A stretch of DNA of 64,000 bases from IMG/VR virus record IMGVR_UViG_3300040801_002923, positions 1-64,000 of that record; one strand, given 5' to 3'. Under the pieces are notes generated by a model, which ran no database searches, was not told the DNA's origin, and was given only the letters and a program-made list of their open reading frames with translations. Positions 17,806 through 28,096 of the stretch are shown piece by piece. The stretch's first letter is position 1. Each line of letters starts with the position of its first letter. The position numbers and the translations under genes are program-made. Origin of the DNA: a virus.

Positions 17806-20619
17806 TTATGGATCGAGGCGAAGGTTTTCGTCCGTGTAAGCAGCTACAATCACAATGTCGTCAACAGTCACATCCGGCTGCACCACTTCATCTTCGCGAA
17901 CGGCTACCTGGAACAGATCACCAAATTGATTATCCGTTAGCGTTGGAACCACAACAACTGACGAGATGTCAGCAGGTAGACGCTGGTGGATAGCAGCCGC
18001 AAGTTCTGTAAAGTAGAACGTCTCGCCGAACTCCCAAAGATCAATCGCAAAGAATTCATTAACAACATCGACGATCTCTGTCTTGATGCGGTTATCTGTC
18101 AATGTCGAATTGGGCGACTTGATCACCTTGAGCTGGGCCTGAAGCTCTGGAGCTGCCTTGTCCCCAAACAACAAACGAATAAGGCCTGGGCGCAATACTA
18201 CCGTGTCGGAGATCATCTTCTTAGTTAGAATATCTCCATACGATCGGCGCAGATCCAGGGGTGTAGGAGCAACCGGTTCGATAGCTGTGTCACCGGCAAC
18301 CCAGTCCGCCACCGCACTAATATACCCCTGCGTAAGAATAAACATGTCAATAATGTTGGAGGCCGCCGGATCCACAAGGTTGAGTCGTGGCGTGTAATGG
18401 AACCAGGCGAAGTTGAAAGGAGTCGACCCCGCTACTCCACCAGTTGGTGCCTGTGTTGGATCCAGCGCTTCACTACGGTTTCGGGCAATGATGTTATTGA
18501 CGCTCATATCAGGGTTGCCATCATTGTCAAAATCGATGTCGAAATCTGGAACACCATCACCATTACGGTCCTCTGGGATCACCACCAGCTTAGTGATATC
18601 TGGTAGCCCGCTAGCGTCGTTGGCTTGCTGGAGGACACGAAATGTAACGTTACCCTGCAAGATGCCCGCTGGAGACGGCGAACCATCAAACTGCGGATTA
18701 ACATTGGCGTTCAAGATCACAATTTCATCTTGAAGTGTTGTAAGCGTTTCGAGGGACACAACGTTATCACCGCCATTTGTGTTCCAGAAGCGCGTCGATG
18801 GACTTTCGGCAATAATCCGACGAGTGTCTCGTGTAATGGTCCAGATGTTGTCTTGGAACCTAGCATCAATCTGATACTGGAACACCGGTGGTGGTGTTCC
18901 AGTACTGAGAATAGCTGTCCACGTATCAGTGTTTGCATCGTAGTACAACGACGCTGTTTCTGGTGGGAACGCTGCTACGTCACCAAGAACTGCCAAAATA
19001 TCTGAGCGCTCCGTAGGCGTGAATTCCGTTCGAACGGATTCCAGAGGTACAATGCCAGCGATCGACAACGCAAAATCTGATGTCGACAAAATTGGTTCAA
19101 TATACGTATCGAGAATCTGAGTAGTCGTTACAGATTGGGTTACCGTTTGAAACACTGTGTCTGTGTCGTAGTACAGTAGAAGGTCGTTACCAAAGATTTT
19201 GACATTCTCGTACGTCTCACTTGGGTCATACCATGGAATGTACTTACTGTCTCCTGCAAATGTGCGATTGAGTGCTCGGAGTTTAGCAATTGAAGGATCT
19301 TGCAGCGGGAATGTGTTGTAGTCTTCACCGCTAACCATTCTATCCTGGGCGAAGTACGTCGATGGTGCTGTACGACGGATATGATCAATCGATTCAGAAG
19401 CAGCAGCATTCTGAAGAGAGTTGATGAGCGAGAACGTAAACGTCACGGTTTGAACGTTGCCAGCGACGTCAAGATAGTTGAACGATACGGGACGGTTAAC
19501 AACCGAGTTCTGAGGAATGACTAGCGGATCTTCCAAAGATACACGATGCCAGATATCAAACGTGCCCGATGGAATATTCGCAAACTCCCCGTCGCCAAAG
19601 ATTAGACGAACACCATCTCGATCCAACGTTTCAATTTCGTACTTGTTGCGCTGGTTAAGTGTGTTGAATACGATGTTTTCTGTGGCAACGGTGTCAACTT
19701 CTGCCCAACGACCTTCAGCGTTAACAAGCTCACCGGTGTCCGGATCGACGTTGTTTAGATATACGTCCGTATTGTTGATGCCTGTGTTAGCGAGGTCAAA
19801 CGTTTGGTTGGGTGTGATGCCATCAAACGCTGCACGTTGAATGTTCATCGTACCTTGCTTGGTGAACATTAAGAAACCGGTGGTGCTCGACCCATCGCCT
19901 AGACCATCGTTCGCAAATACAAGCGAGAACGGGCGGTTGCGCTCAGGGTGACGCTCGACCGGACCAAGCAGTTCATCTAGAACCACGGGCACAAGTTCCA
20001 TCTGTACATTCGTACCTGAAACGTTTGTGCTGTATCCTTGCACACCGAGAGCGGTCGGCGTGTTCTCAAGCTGATACAGCTCGAATACCACATCTTCAAC
20101 CTGAATGCGATCCTCTGGTGAAACGGAACCAAATGGCTGCTCAAGCAGCCGATTCATAATCAGTAGGAACTGCGTTTTCCAGTTTACATTGTTTGGATCA
20201 TTCCAACGAATTTGACGATTCGCAAGGTTTGTGCCATTGGTGTCAAATACGTTTTCTGTAGTGCGGATGCTACCGATCTTAACAAAGCCACGTGCGGGAA
20301 TGTTGCGAGAGGCCTTGTACGAAATTAGTTTGGCGAGACGAAGGACAGATTCTTTTCTCTGCGCTTGGGTAATGAAGTTCTCGTGAGCATTGATATCCAA
20401 ACGATACGAAATAAGCTCAGCCATATAGGCGAACAGCTCGAGGACCGCAATGAACTCCGACGACTCGATGTAGTCGTTGAAGTCTTCTGGGAAGTAGGCC
20501 TTAACATACTCGATCATACTTTCTTTGACAGTGACGAAGTCAAAGGCTGAGAAGTTCACCTGTTGGAAGACTTCGTATGCTCTCTCGAAAGATTCAGCTC
20601 GTGATACAATGCGGCTCAT
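17806..20619 (-). CDS. Baseplate wedge subunit, T4 gp6-like
   Basis: DF..VKESMIEY, FNDYIESSE, ENFITQAQRKESVLRLAKLISY, LIFGDGEFANIP, ESIDHIRRTAP...QDRMVSGEDY. Confidence 0.88.
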   Translation of the reverse strand: MSRIVSRAESFERAYEVFQQVNFSAFDFVTVKESMIEYVKAYFPEDFNDYIESSEFIAVLELFAYMAELISYRLDINAHENFITQAQRKESVLRLAKLISYKASRNIPARGFVKIGSIRTTENVFDTNGTNLANRQIRWNDPNNVNWKTQFLLIMNRLLEQPFGSVSPEDRIQVEDVVFELYQLENTPTALGVQGYSTNVSGTNVQMELVPVVLDELLGPVERHPERNRPFSLVFANDGLGDGSSTTGFLMFTKQGTMNIQRAAFDGITPNQTFDLANTGINNTDVYLNNVDPDTGELVNAEGRWAEVDTVATENIVFNTLNQRNKYEIETLDRDGVRLIFGDGEFANIPSGTFDIWHRVSLEDPLVIPQNSVVNRPVSFNYLDVAGNVQTVTFTFSLINSLQNAAASESIDHIRRTAPSTYFAQDRMVSGEDYNTFPLQDPSIAKLRALNRTFAGDSKYIPWYDPSETYENVKIFGNDLLLYYDTDTVFQTVTQSVTTTQILDTYIEPILSTSDFALSIAGIVPLESVRTEFTPTERSDILAVLGDVAAFPPETASLYYDANTDTWTAILSTGTPPPVFQYQIDARFQDNIWTITRDTRRIIAESPSTRFWNTNGGDNVVSLETLTTLQDEIVILNANVNPQFDGSPSPAGILQGNVTFRVLQQANDASGLPDITKLVVIPEDRNGDGVPDFDIDFDNDGNPDMSVNNIIARNRSEALDPTQAPTGGVAGSTPFNFAWFHYTPRLNLVDPAASNIIDMFILTQGYISAVADWVAGDTAIEPVAPTPLDLRRSYGDILTKKMISDTVVLRPGLIRLLFGDKAAPELQAQLKVIKSPNSTLTDNRIKTEIVDVVNEFFAIDLWEFGETFYFTELAAAIHQRLPADISSVVVVPTLTDNQFGDLFQVAVREDEVVQPDVTVDDIVIVAAYTDENLRLDP

Positions 20620-21008
20620 TACAGACTACCTTCCCCAAATTGGATGTTCAGATTCATTAGATCTGTTACGTCAAGTTCGATGTAGCGTAGTAGTGCGGAC
20701 GCTACTACTGTCCCCTCGTCTGGCGTTGGTATGACGGTTAGACTGATCAACTCAACACGAGGATCAAAGTCAAATACGCCGCGCAGCTCCGATTCCAACG
20801 TGTCGAGTGTGTCCTCATCAAGCGGCTCAAACGCCAGATCTGGGATAATCGTACCAAAACGTGGAAGGCGCAGACGTTCTCCGCGACGCGTGAAGATGTG
20901 GTTGAGGAGGTCCATCTTCACGAGTTCTACGTCGCGGAGTTGGAATGTTCCGTTACGCTCGTATTCGAACGATGAGTAGCCTCTGTACAAGTTTTGGCGC
21001 GTTGTCAT
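20619..21008 (-). CDS. Baseplate wedge protein, gp25-like
   Basis: DLLNHIFTRRGERLRLPRFGTIIPDLAFEP...DPRV signature. Confidence 0.92.
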   Translation of the reverse strand: MTTRQNLYRGYSSFEYERNGTFQLRDVELVKMDLLNHIFTRRGERLRLPRFGTIIPDLAFEPLDEDTLDTLESELRGVFDFDPRVELISLTVIPTPDEGTVVASALLRYIELDVTDLMNLNIQFGEGSL

Positions 21009-21039
21009 AACCGATATTTATCAGGGGGTCGGGGAACCG

Positions 21040-22596
21040 TTAGCGGCGCCACCGTGGATTGCGTTGAACCTCAAACGTATCACTCGTAAGGCCATCATCG
21101 CCAGTCGCTGCGAACTGAATACCGACCTGCTCATTATCATACGGAATCAGCACAGGCTCACCGGTGTCATTCAGGTCTATACGAGCCCACGGCTCGTGAG
21201 CCGGCTGACGGTTGGGGACGTGAGCTGGATCTGTAACTGGATTAGCTCCCAACCCCTCATCGTTGATTTCGAGGACAGCGGGCGTGTCAGCTTCCGCGCC
21301 TGGGAAAGGCGGTGGGACTGATCCACTATAATGGTGGTGACTGTTGTACTTGTCGCGGAACTGATTAACTTCTCCAACGAACTCATCGAGGAAGTCCATG
21401 AGATCATTTACAGTGGTGTCTTTACCCGAAACACGGAAATCTACGTTCGGAGCATCATTGAAGATACCTGTGCCAGACGTTGCTCGAACATCACTGGCAG
21501 CGTCGACGCGAACGCTCCCCACTGTCTTGACCTGAATGTCCTCTGATGCCTGAACCCGCATCTCCTTACCACTCTTCAAGTGAATGCCTTTTTTGGCTTC
21601 AACTCGGAAAGAACCGTTGGTCTTAAAGTTTACATCACGGTCTGCCGTTGCGCTTAGTTTTCCCGACGTATAGATGTCAATGTTACCAGCTTCATCAATC
21701 TCAATCCAATTGTTACCTTTTGCCGTGCTGATGTAAATCCGCTCGTTTGTGTCATCGAGAATCACCTGATGTCCCGCAGCAGTCCTGAAGCGCATGCGAG
21801 AATTCTCAGGGCGGTCATCCATCGACATAGCATGGAAACCTGGTGAAACGATCGACGTGACCATGTTGTCAAGGTTTGGCTTAGTCGTTTGTTCACGGTC
21901 ATCTGTCTGGATGTTTGGATCCTGAAGAATGATGTCTTCAGGACAGATCAAACTGGTGCGGTAACCTTGATCCGCATCATCAGCTAGCGCCGAGAAGGCA
22001 TCGATCTGCAGTTGATTTTCCCGCACTCGTGCAACCTGGTAATCAGCCGCGCGTGTTAGGAATTCGAAGTTGATGTTGCCCGATGGCGGTTCACCGAATG
22101 CCTGCTGCTGATTGGTGTGCAGTGGTTCAATTGAAGATTCAAACGTGTCAAACGGGCCAGCGATTGACTTCTGATCGTCGTCAGCTCGTGCTCCGGATTC
22201 TTCGTTGTAGCGACCGTGCGGCATTGTGTGAGCTGTGAGTGGAGTGTATACACAACCAAGCCACAACCTATGCGAGGGATTACCATCGAGACACATCACA
22301 AGAACTTGCGCGCCGACCTTGGGAATCGCCCACATACCGTATGAAGTAGGTCCTCTTACAGGAGAATCGTTGGGACCGCGTGTGCCGACCTGAACATTGC
22401 CACCGAACGGGGAAACATACTCCGCCCATGGAATGTCGGCGAGTGCAATATCGTCGCGATCACCGAACGCAGGGCATTGCACTCGGAGGCGACCACTCTG
22501 CATGGGATCGGCTGTATCCACAACCACACCCTGAGTGATACCCGTGTTGAATGGTTGCTGAGGTGTTAACTGCTTTTGTCGCTCATCGCTGGCCAT
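21040..22596 (-). CDS. Baseplate central spike, gp5/VgrG-like (OB-fold plus beta-helix, no lysozyme domain recognised)
   Basis: GVVVDTADPMQSGRLRVQCP, WAIPKVGAQVLV, RTAAGHQVILDD, beta-helix repeats and an HHH tip motif. Confidence 0.85.
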   Translation of the reverse strand: MASDERQKQLTPQQPFNTGITQGVVVDTADPMQSGRLRVQCPAFGDRDDIALADIPWAEYVSPFGGNVQVGTRGPNDSPVRGPTSYGMWAIPKVGAQVLVMCLDGNPSHRLWLGCVYTPLTAHTMPHGRYNEESGARADDDQKSIAGPFDTFESSIEPLHTNQQQAFGEPPSGNINFEFLTRAADYQVARVRENQLQIDAFSALADDADQGYRTSLICPEDIILQDPNIQTDDREQTTKPNLDNMVTSIVSPGFHAMSMDDRPENSRMRFRTAAGHQVILDDTNERIYISTAKGNNWIEIDEAGNIDIYTSGKLSATADRDVNFKTNGSFRVEAKKGIHLKSGKEMRVQASEDIQVKTVGSVRVDAASDVRATSGTGIFNDAPNVDFRVSGKDTTVNDLMDFLDEFVGEVNQFRDKYNSHHHYSGSVPPPFPGAEADTPAVLEINDEGLGANPVTDPAHVPNRQPAHEPWARIDLNDTGEPVLIPYDNEQVGIQFAATGDDGLTSDTFEVQRNPRWRR

Positions 22597-24761
22597 TACT
22601 CTTGTTCCTCTTGCGGTGGCGCCTGCCGCTCCCTATCCGCGGGGCGCGGAACCACTGCTTTTGTTTTAGTTCTCATATCTAACGCCGTTCTCGGTTGGTT
22701 AGAAGCCCTGGGAGTCGAGCTCTCTGCAGATGCCGTCTCACCACTAAGTGCTTCCGTTTCAGCCGTCGTTGTAGACGCATCTACAACCTGCGGCTGTGCC
22801 GCAACCTCTCGAGATGAGTTCTCCCCACTCTGTTGGAATAGATCATCTGAAGGGGTTGCAATCGCACCAATATCCTGCGTAAACAACCCACCTTCAAATC
22901 TATGCACAATCTTGACGATGTTGTAAAACCCCGTGTACCAGAAATCGATCAAGCGCGCCTGGTCGCCTTGGTTGATTAGTGCTGCGGACGGTGAGTTGTT
23001 GTCAATTGGCATCTTGATGTTCACCTTCGCAATTGCGGGAGTTCTATCCCAGTTCAATAGCACACGGCGTTCGTCCGGGGGTTGATCATTTCCCTCGTCG
23101 GTCTTGTCGGAGATTGGAGTGTTAGTTACGGCCAACAGATACGGGTTACCTCGAATGGTGAAGTTTGTCTCTATCTGCTCGTAGGCAGCAAATCTTGCCA
23201 GTGCAGCGTTGAATGCCATAGTAGATAGCGGGTTACCAATGTTTCGCACCAACGGGTTTTGTACATCCGTCGATGGGAATATAGGCGTACGGGCGCGCCG
23301 TGAAAGCTCGCTGGCGGGGCGTTGCGTTACACCTGTAACAGCCAGCTCTGTATTGGCGGAACCGCCCGCAACTTGGTCTTCTGCTGCTCCCGGTGAATTG
23401 TTTGTGGTTCGCAGAATCTGCAGAAACGCCAAGCCCTGTTGCATATTGATGTCGAATTTCACGATATCAATGCTGCGGCCGGTAAAGAAATAATCGAACT
23501 CGATGATGCTATTTCGTAGATCGCCTACCCCCTCAACAGATGTTTCTATAGGCTCTTCGGTGGACTCCTGTGTTAGATCTCGATTGATAAACTCAAGAAG
23601 TTCCTCGTTGGTCGTTTCTAGGCTGCGTTTAATCGTGTAACGGAACAAAACACCATCGTTATCGCCCGTTGCTGTATCACTCCCCGGCTGTTCGGTAGAC
23701 TTATCTACCATCGTCATCTCGGAATGAATCTTGTACCGGTACCTGTTTCCGATAGCATCGGGTTTCAGAAGATCATCCTGGATCTTCTGACAGCGCTGAA
23801 GAATCTCTTGGAGCGCCTGATCGACAGTGTACTGGCGACCAAAGTCAAATGCTGCAGCTTCCCCTGAGTCGTTCCGCAGTCTCGGATTGTACAGGTTAAC
23901 CAAGTAATCGTCGGATTGATATGGCTCCGCTAATACGATGTCAAAACTGATCTTGCGGAACAGCTCGTCAACGTTAACATTGTTTGTAGGATCAGCCTCT
24001 ACGCGTCGCCTCGCGGCTTCACGAACGTCACGAAACGTTTGACTAGATTTGTTGTTAAGTGCATCCTTGAACGCATTCATCACGTCCTTGAGAATCAACG
24101 TACGCGGCGTGAACTTCACATTCTGCGCTGCACGTGCGACCTGTGGTAACCTTGTCGCACCGTTTGTAAGTGACACAAAGTCAAGGTTGTATATTCCACC
24201 TTCAGGACTAAAAGATCCCTTGACATCAAGCAGAAGGAACTGAAGAGGCTTCAAGTCTGCAATGATCGTTGGTGATTCGGGTGTGCCTTGAGCAGTGTTC
24301 GCCGTATGCCCAACAAAGAACGTCTTGAGTAGGAATACTATACCGGTCGGCTCTGTTCGAAACTCATCAGCGATCCGATCCAGCGTGTTCAAGAACAGAA
24401 AGCCGCGTGCTTCGCGAATCTTCATGCTACCTGTCACGGAGATCGAATTAGAGTTGTCCGTGAGGTTCACAGAGCCTGACAATAGCGTCTCCCACTGTAC
24501 CGTTTCCACGGTATAGACGGAGTCCTTGAATCCATTAACAACAACATAGTACTTGCCCGCTGAATCATCATCCGACTCTACACCATCGCTTTCTTGATCA
24601 ATCGGAATTGATCCGAACGAACGGATGTCTTCATAGCGCGAAAGATCGTTTCCGTACTCAGAAGTCAGTTTGTTAACTACAGCTTGGTTGCTGCAGGCTA
24701 TCAAGACGTGGTGGTAGCTATAAGTGTTAAATCTATCGAGTATGTTAGGAGGTGTTGACAT
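22596..24761 (-). CDS. Baseplate hub protein, gp27-like (putative)
   Basis: Lies between the gp53-like and gp5-like genes. NILDRFNTYSY N-terminus, IRGNPY, and C-terminal GFYNIVKIVHRFEGGLFTQ. Confidence 0.65.
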   Translation of the reverse strand: MSTPPNILDRFNTYSYHHVLIACSNQAVVNKLTSEYGNDLSRYEDIRSFGSIPIDQESDGVESDDDSAGKYYVVVNGFKDSVYTVETVQWETLLSGSVNLTDNSNSISVTGSMKIREARGFLFLNTLDRIADEFRTEPTGIVFLLKTFFVGHTANTAQGTPESPTIIADLKPLQFLLLDVKGSFSPEGGIYNLDFVSLTNGATRLPQVARAAQNVKFTPRTLILKDVMNAFKDALNNKSSQTFRDVREAARRRVEADPTNNVNVDELFRKISFDIVLAEPYQSDDYLVNLYNPRLRNDSGEAAAFDFGRQYTVDQALQEILQRCQKIQDDLLKPDAIGNRYRYKIHSEMTMVDKSTEQPGSDTATGDNDGVLFRYTIKRSLETTNEELLEFINRDLTQESTEEPIETSVEGVGDLRNSIIEFDYFFTGRSIDIVKFDINMQQGLAFLQILRTTNNSPGAAEDQVAGGSANTELAVTGVTQRPASELSRRARTPIFPSTDVQNPLVRNIGNPLSTMAFNAALARFAAYEQIETNFTIRGNPYLLAVTNTPISDKTDEGNDQPPDERRVLLNWDRTPAIAKVNIKMPIDNNSPSAALINQGDQARLIDFWYTGFYNIVKIVHRFEGGLFTQDIGAIATPSDDLFQQSGENSSREVAAQPQVVDASTTTAETEALSGETASAESSTPRASNQPRTALDMRTKTKAVVPRPADRERQAPPQEEQE

Positions 24762-24770
24762 GAGTCCCTC

Positions 24771-25124
24771 TTATCGTGGTGCTGGGACTCCACCTGTCGA
24801 ATTCGTCAGAATTGATAGAAGAACGCGTTGCGGCGCCGGGAGTCTAATTTCTGCTCCCTCGAGGAGTTCCACATTGTCATCAACGATGTTGTTGTATTGT
24901 AATACAAGCCAGGCAAGATCGGAGTTGCGGAAATAGTCGAACGCAATCAGATCTGGACGCTTAGCTTGTCGCGCGTTGACAGTAATAAACAGGTCATCGT
25001 CGCGTTGGTTGATTGTACGACGTTCCCACCACCCAAGTCTACGGGGGAATCGGACCGTCGCACCACCTTGTGTGTATCTGGAGGTCTCTTTATCCGTGGA
25101 GCGAGGTCGTAGTTGCCTAGCCAT
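24771..25124 (-). CDS. Baseplate wedge protein, gp53/LysM-like
   Basis: RPDLIAFDYF...LAWLVLQYNNI.D...L..G.EIRLP signature. Confidence 0.85.
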   Translation of the reverse strand: MARQLRPRSTDKETSRYTQGGATVRFPRRLGWWERRTINQRDDDLFITVNARQAKRPDLIAFDYFRNSDLAWLVLQYNNIVDDNVELLEGAEIRLPAPQRVLLSILTNSTGGVPAPR

Positions 25125-25816
25125 TAGAATCCTCCCAGCTTGCCAGAGCGATAATCCGCAAGGGAGAAGCGATTGAAGTCTGCCGGCGACTGCGTCTCGA
25201 ACAACTGGATATCAACCGTCATTACAGTCGGAAACGGTTCCCCCGCATTCACAACGATCGAATCACCTGAATCGCCAATAGGAAATTCATCCGCGGCCGT
25301 AGGAATGTAGTCGATATCACTTGGGTAGGTGATCTGCAGGTTGTTGATCACCGTAGGAATGTTGTGGAGATTTGTGATACCCGCCGGCGTTCGGCGGATT
25401 TCATCAGCTGACGTTAGTGTCTGAGGACCAGGCGTTGTCGACTTGGAGTCCGATGACTGACTACGGACAGAAGGTCCACGCGCAAACGCAAAAAATGATA
25501 GCACATCGGGTGGTAGACCGAGATAGTTTGCTTGAGCGTTGCCGAAGTACGGCAACGTCCAGCTGCGTAGAATCTGGAGTTTCGCTAGGTTTCGCGCTGC
25601 TTCTTGTGGTGTGCGTGAGATCAGGCGCGCGTTGTTAACAGCGATTACACGCGATGCGCTGTGTGAGAACGTATAGATCGTACCTGGACCGTGAATTGGA
25701 TTGTACGCCTTGTATTCAACGTTCCGTTGTTCAGATACGTCAGGCACAATGTCAAACGTCACGGTGACATTTGTCAACCGTGACCGCAATTTGACCTTGT
25801 ATAGATTCTCAGCCAT
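25124..25816 (-). CDS. Tail tube initiator / baseplate-tube junction protein (gp48/gp54-like, putative)
   Basis: Tube-like pattern (LRSWTLPYFG, PPDVL, PTVINNLQITYPSDIDY) and position next to the gp53-like gene. Confidence 0.6.
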   Translation of the reverse strand: MAENLYKVKLRSRLTNVTVTFDIVPDVSEQRNVEYKAYNPIHGPGTIYTFSHSASRVIAVNNARLISRTPQEAARNLAKLQILRSWTLPYFGNAQANYLGLPPDVLSFFAFARGPSVRSQSSDSKSTTPGPQTLTSADEIRRTPAGITNLHNIPTVINNLQITYPSDIDYIPTAADEFPIGDSGDSIVVNAGEPFPTVMTVDIQLFETQSPADFNRFSLADYRSGKLGGF

Positions 25817-26409
25817 TAGTTGAGATGTTCCTTCATCAGCGCAATCATCTCACGGGCATCCTCATCGTTGAGGCCCGTCATCGCACGCACTTTTGTGACG
25901 TTGTCGTCCGCGGCGGCCTCGCGCACTTTAGTTGCGCTAACACCAGCTACATCCGATGAGTCAGAGTCGCGAAACAACACTACAGCTTCGTATCCGTCTT
26001 CAACGTCCTTACCATAGATGCGACCTACCATGCTCTTATAAGAGCCAGCTCGATCTGAACCACAACAACCGCCAACTGGGACATACCCACTTTCCTTGAG
26101 TTGCTCGACAGCATCATACGGATTCTTCGCAATACACATGCGAACCCCTGGTTGCATCTGCTGTAAATACTTCTTACGGACTTCCCCATCAAGAGGGTTC
26201 TTTTCGTTCCTTTTACCCGAATCGACAATTACGACAACTGGCTCAGCGCCTTTGCGCTCTGCGAGCTTTTTCAGCTCGTTGATCATCGATTTGTGGCCAA
26301 GGTGGGGCGGATTGAAGCGTCCAGGACTTATCACCACCGGCTTAAGGTCGGATGCATTAACTTGCTCAGCGTCTTTCGACTCTGCAACGAACTGACTAAA
26401 ACCTGCCAC
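25816..26409 (-). CDS. HxGH nucleotidyltransferase (cytidylyltransferase-like)
   Basis: GRFNPPHLGH, KNPL, GSDR and SATKVREAA motifs. Start reassigned to GTG 26409 (SD AGGAG; TAAATA 26433-26438). Confidence 0.85.
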   Translation of the reverse strand: MAGFSQFVAESKDAEQVNASDLKPVVISPGRFNPPHLGHKSMINELKKLAERKGAEPVVVIVDSGKRNEKNPLDGEVRKKYLQQMQPGVRMCIAKNPYDAVEQLKESGYVPVGGCCGSDRAGSYKSMVGRIYGKDVEDGYEAVVLFRDSDSSDVAGVSATKVREAAADDNVTKVRAMTGLNDEDAREMIALMKEHLN

Positions 26410-26499
26410 GTATGTATCTCCTGACGTCCATATATTTACATAGGTGTGGACCTTGGGGGATCTGGTTGGGTATACTGTAACCCTCACTATGGAGTAACT

Positions 26500-26985
26500 A
26501 TGTCTACCACACCAACTAAAAAGCCACGCAAGACCAACTACCTGAATAACCGCGATCTTCTAGCTGAAACAATCAAAAGCAAAGAGCAGGGTCGGATGAC
26601 TGACAAGCTCGCACGAATGCTTCAGATGCTGTGTAAGCGCTACGGAAGTCGCGCGAACTTTGCAAACTACACCTACAACGAAGACATGCAAGCATACGCA
26701 ATGATGTCCTTGGCGAAAACGTGGAGTGCATTTAACCCCGAAAAAAGCAGTAACGCTTTTGCGTTCTTTACTCAGTGCGTTAAGAACTCATTCATCCAAT
26801 ACCTAAAGCAAGAGAAAAATCAACGTAAAATTCGCGACAAAGCCCTTGTTGAAGCTGGACTCAATCCATCATATACTTACCAACTGGAGTACGCAACTGA
26901 GCATGGGTATGGTGGCGAGGGGAGCGATTACGCACACCAATCATCAGTACCTGCTGACGAGGAAGCCGATTCCGTAGAACAATAA
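26500..26985 (+). CDS. Late transcription sigma factor, T4 gp55-like
   Basis: NYLNNRDLL, NFANYTYNEDM, FNPEKSSNAFAFFTQCVKNSFIQYLKQEK. ATG 26500 with GGAG SD; TATACT -10-like box at 26471. Confidence 0.9.
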   Translation: MSTTPTKKPRKTNYLNNRDLLAETIKSKEQGRMTDKLARMLQMLCKRYGSRANFANYTYNEDMQAYAMMSLAKTWSAFNPEKSSNAFAFFTQCVKNSFIQYLKQEKNQRKIRDKALVEAGLNPSYTYQLEYATEHGYGGEGSDYAHQSSVPADEEADSVEQ

Positions 26986-26999
26986 CAAAAAGGATAGGT

Positions 27000-28058
27000 A
27001 TGGCCGAGCTGAATAAAGGTGCCTTCTGCACCGACATCCACTTCGGCAAGAAATCCAACTCCAAGCTTCACAACGAAGACTGCATTCGCTACCTAAAATG
27101 GTTCCGCGATCAGGTTGAAGAGCTTGGTGATGTTGATCACATTGGATTTCTTGGCGATTGGCACGAAAACCGCGCTGCAATCCACATCGAAACACTAAAC
27201 TACTCGTACGACGGGGCTAGAATCCTCGACGGTATGGGTAAGCCCGTCTATTTTGTGGTTGGTAACCACGATCTGGGTCGTCGACACACAAGAGACGTGC
27301 ATTCAATTGTGCCTTACAGTGAACTCAAGCATTTCCAGATCATCGATGAACCTACGGTGTCCGAGAACATCGGGAATGGGATGCTATGGTCTCCATACCT
27401 ATTCCATCCGGAATATCCGGATCTGCAGAAGTATCTTGACATCCCAATTTGGGCGGGTCATTTTGAATTTCGCGGTTTTGTGATCACCGGCTATTCAATC
27501 ACAATGAACGTCGGACCCGACCCGAAAGATTATCAAGGACCCAAGCATATCTTCTCAGGGCATTTTCACAAGCGCCAAGCACACGATCAAGTAATTTATA
27601 TGGGCAACTGCTTTCCCATGGACTTTGGTGATGCTGGTGATTCGCAGGGTCGCGGAATGATGACGTATGACCACGAAAAGGACGAGGTTGTATTCATTGA
27701 CTGGCCAGATGCTCCCAAGTACATCAAAACCACCCTTTCAGCTCTGCTTGAGGATGAATCGCAATTAGCACCCGGCGCAAACGTCAAGTGCGTAGTTGAC
27801 ATCCCAATTTCGTATCAGGAGAGTCAACAGCTGCGCAACATCTTCCTTGAACGTTACGAGCTGCGTGAGTTCAAAATGGAAGAGTCGCGAGAGATTGTTG
27901 AAGCCCTTACCGGTACTGATTCATCAGTCACTTGGGACGAAGCTACGAAACTCAAGAGCGTTAACGAGCTTGTGGTGGACATGCTTGCGGACATCGACAG
28001 TCAGCATATCAACAACGATATGTTGGTGGAAATTTACAGAGGTCTAAAGGTTAGCTAA
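27000..28058 (+). CDS. Recombination endonuclease, gp47/Mre11/SbcD-like
   Basis: Metallophosphoesterase motifs DIHFG, GDWH, GNHD, GHF and SGHFH. Confidence 0.92.
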   Translation: MAELNKGAFCTDIHFGKKSNSKLHNEDCIRYLKWFRDQVEELGDVDHIGFLGDWHENRAAIHIETLNYSYDGARILDGMGKPVYFVVGNHDLGRRHTRDVHSIVPYSELKHFQIIDEPTVSENIGNGMLWSPYLFHPEYPDLQKYLDIPIWAGHFEFRGFVITGYSITMNVGPDPKDYQGPKHIFSGHFHKRQAHDQVIYMGNCFPMDFGDAGDSQGRGMMTYDHEKDEVVFIDWPDAPKYIKTTLSALLEDESQLAPGANVKCVVDIPISYQESQQLRNIFLERYELREFKMEESREIVEALTGTDSSVTWDEATKLKSVNELVVDMLADIDSQHINNDMLVEIYRGLKVS

Positions 28059-28096
28059 CCATAACGCACCACTTTGAAAAAGTTGAACAACAGGGT

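Noticed and set aside
1218-25638. Many short + strand ORFs antisense to the structural genes
   Set aside because: They look like shadows of codon bias on the coding strand and lack recognisable motifs.
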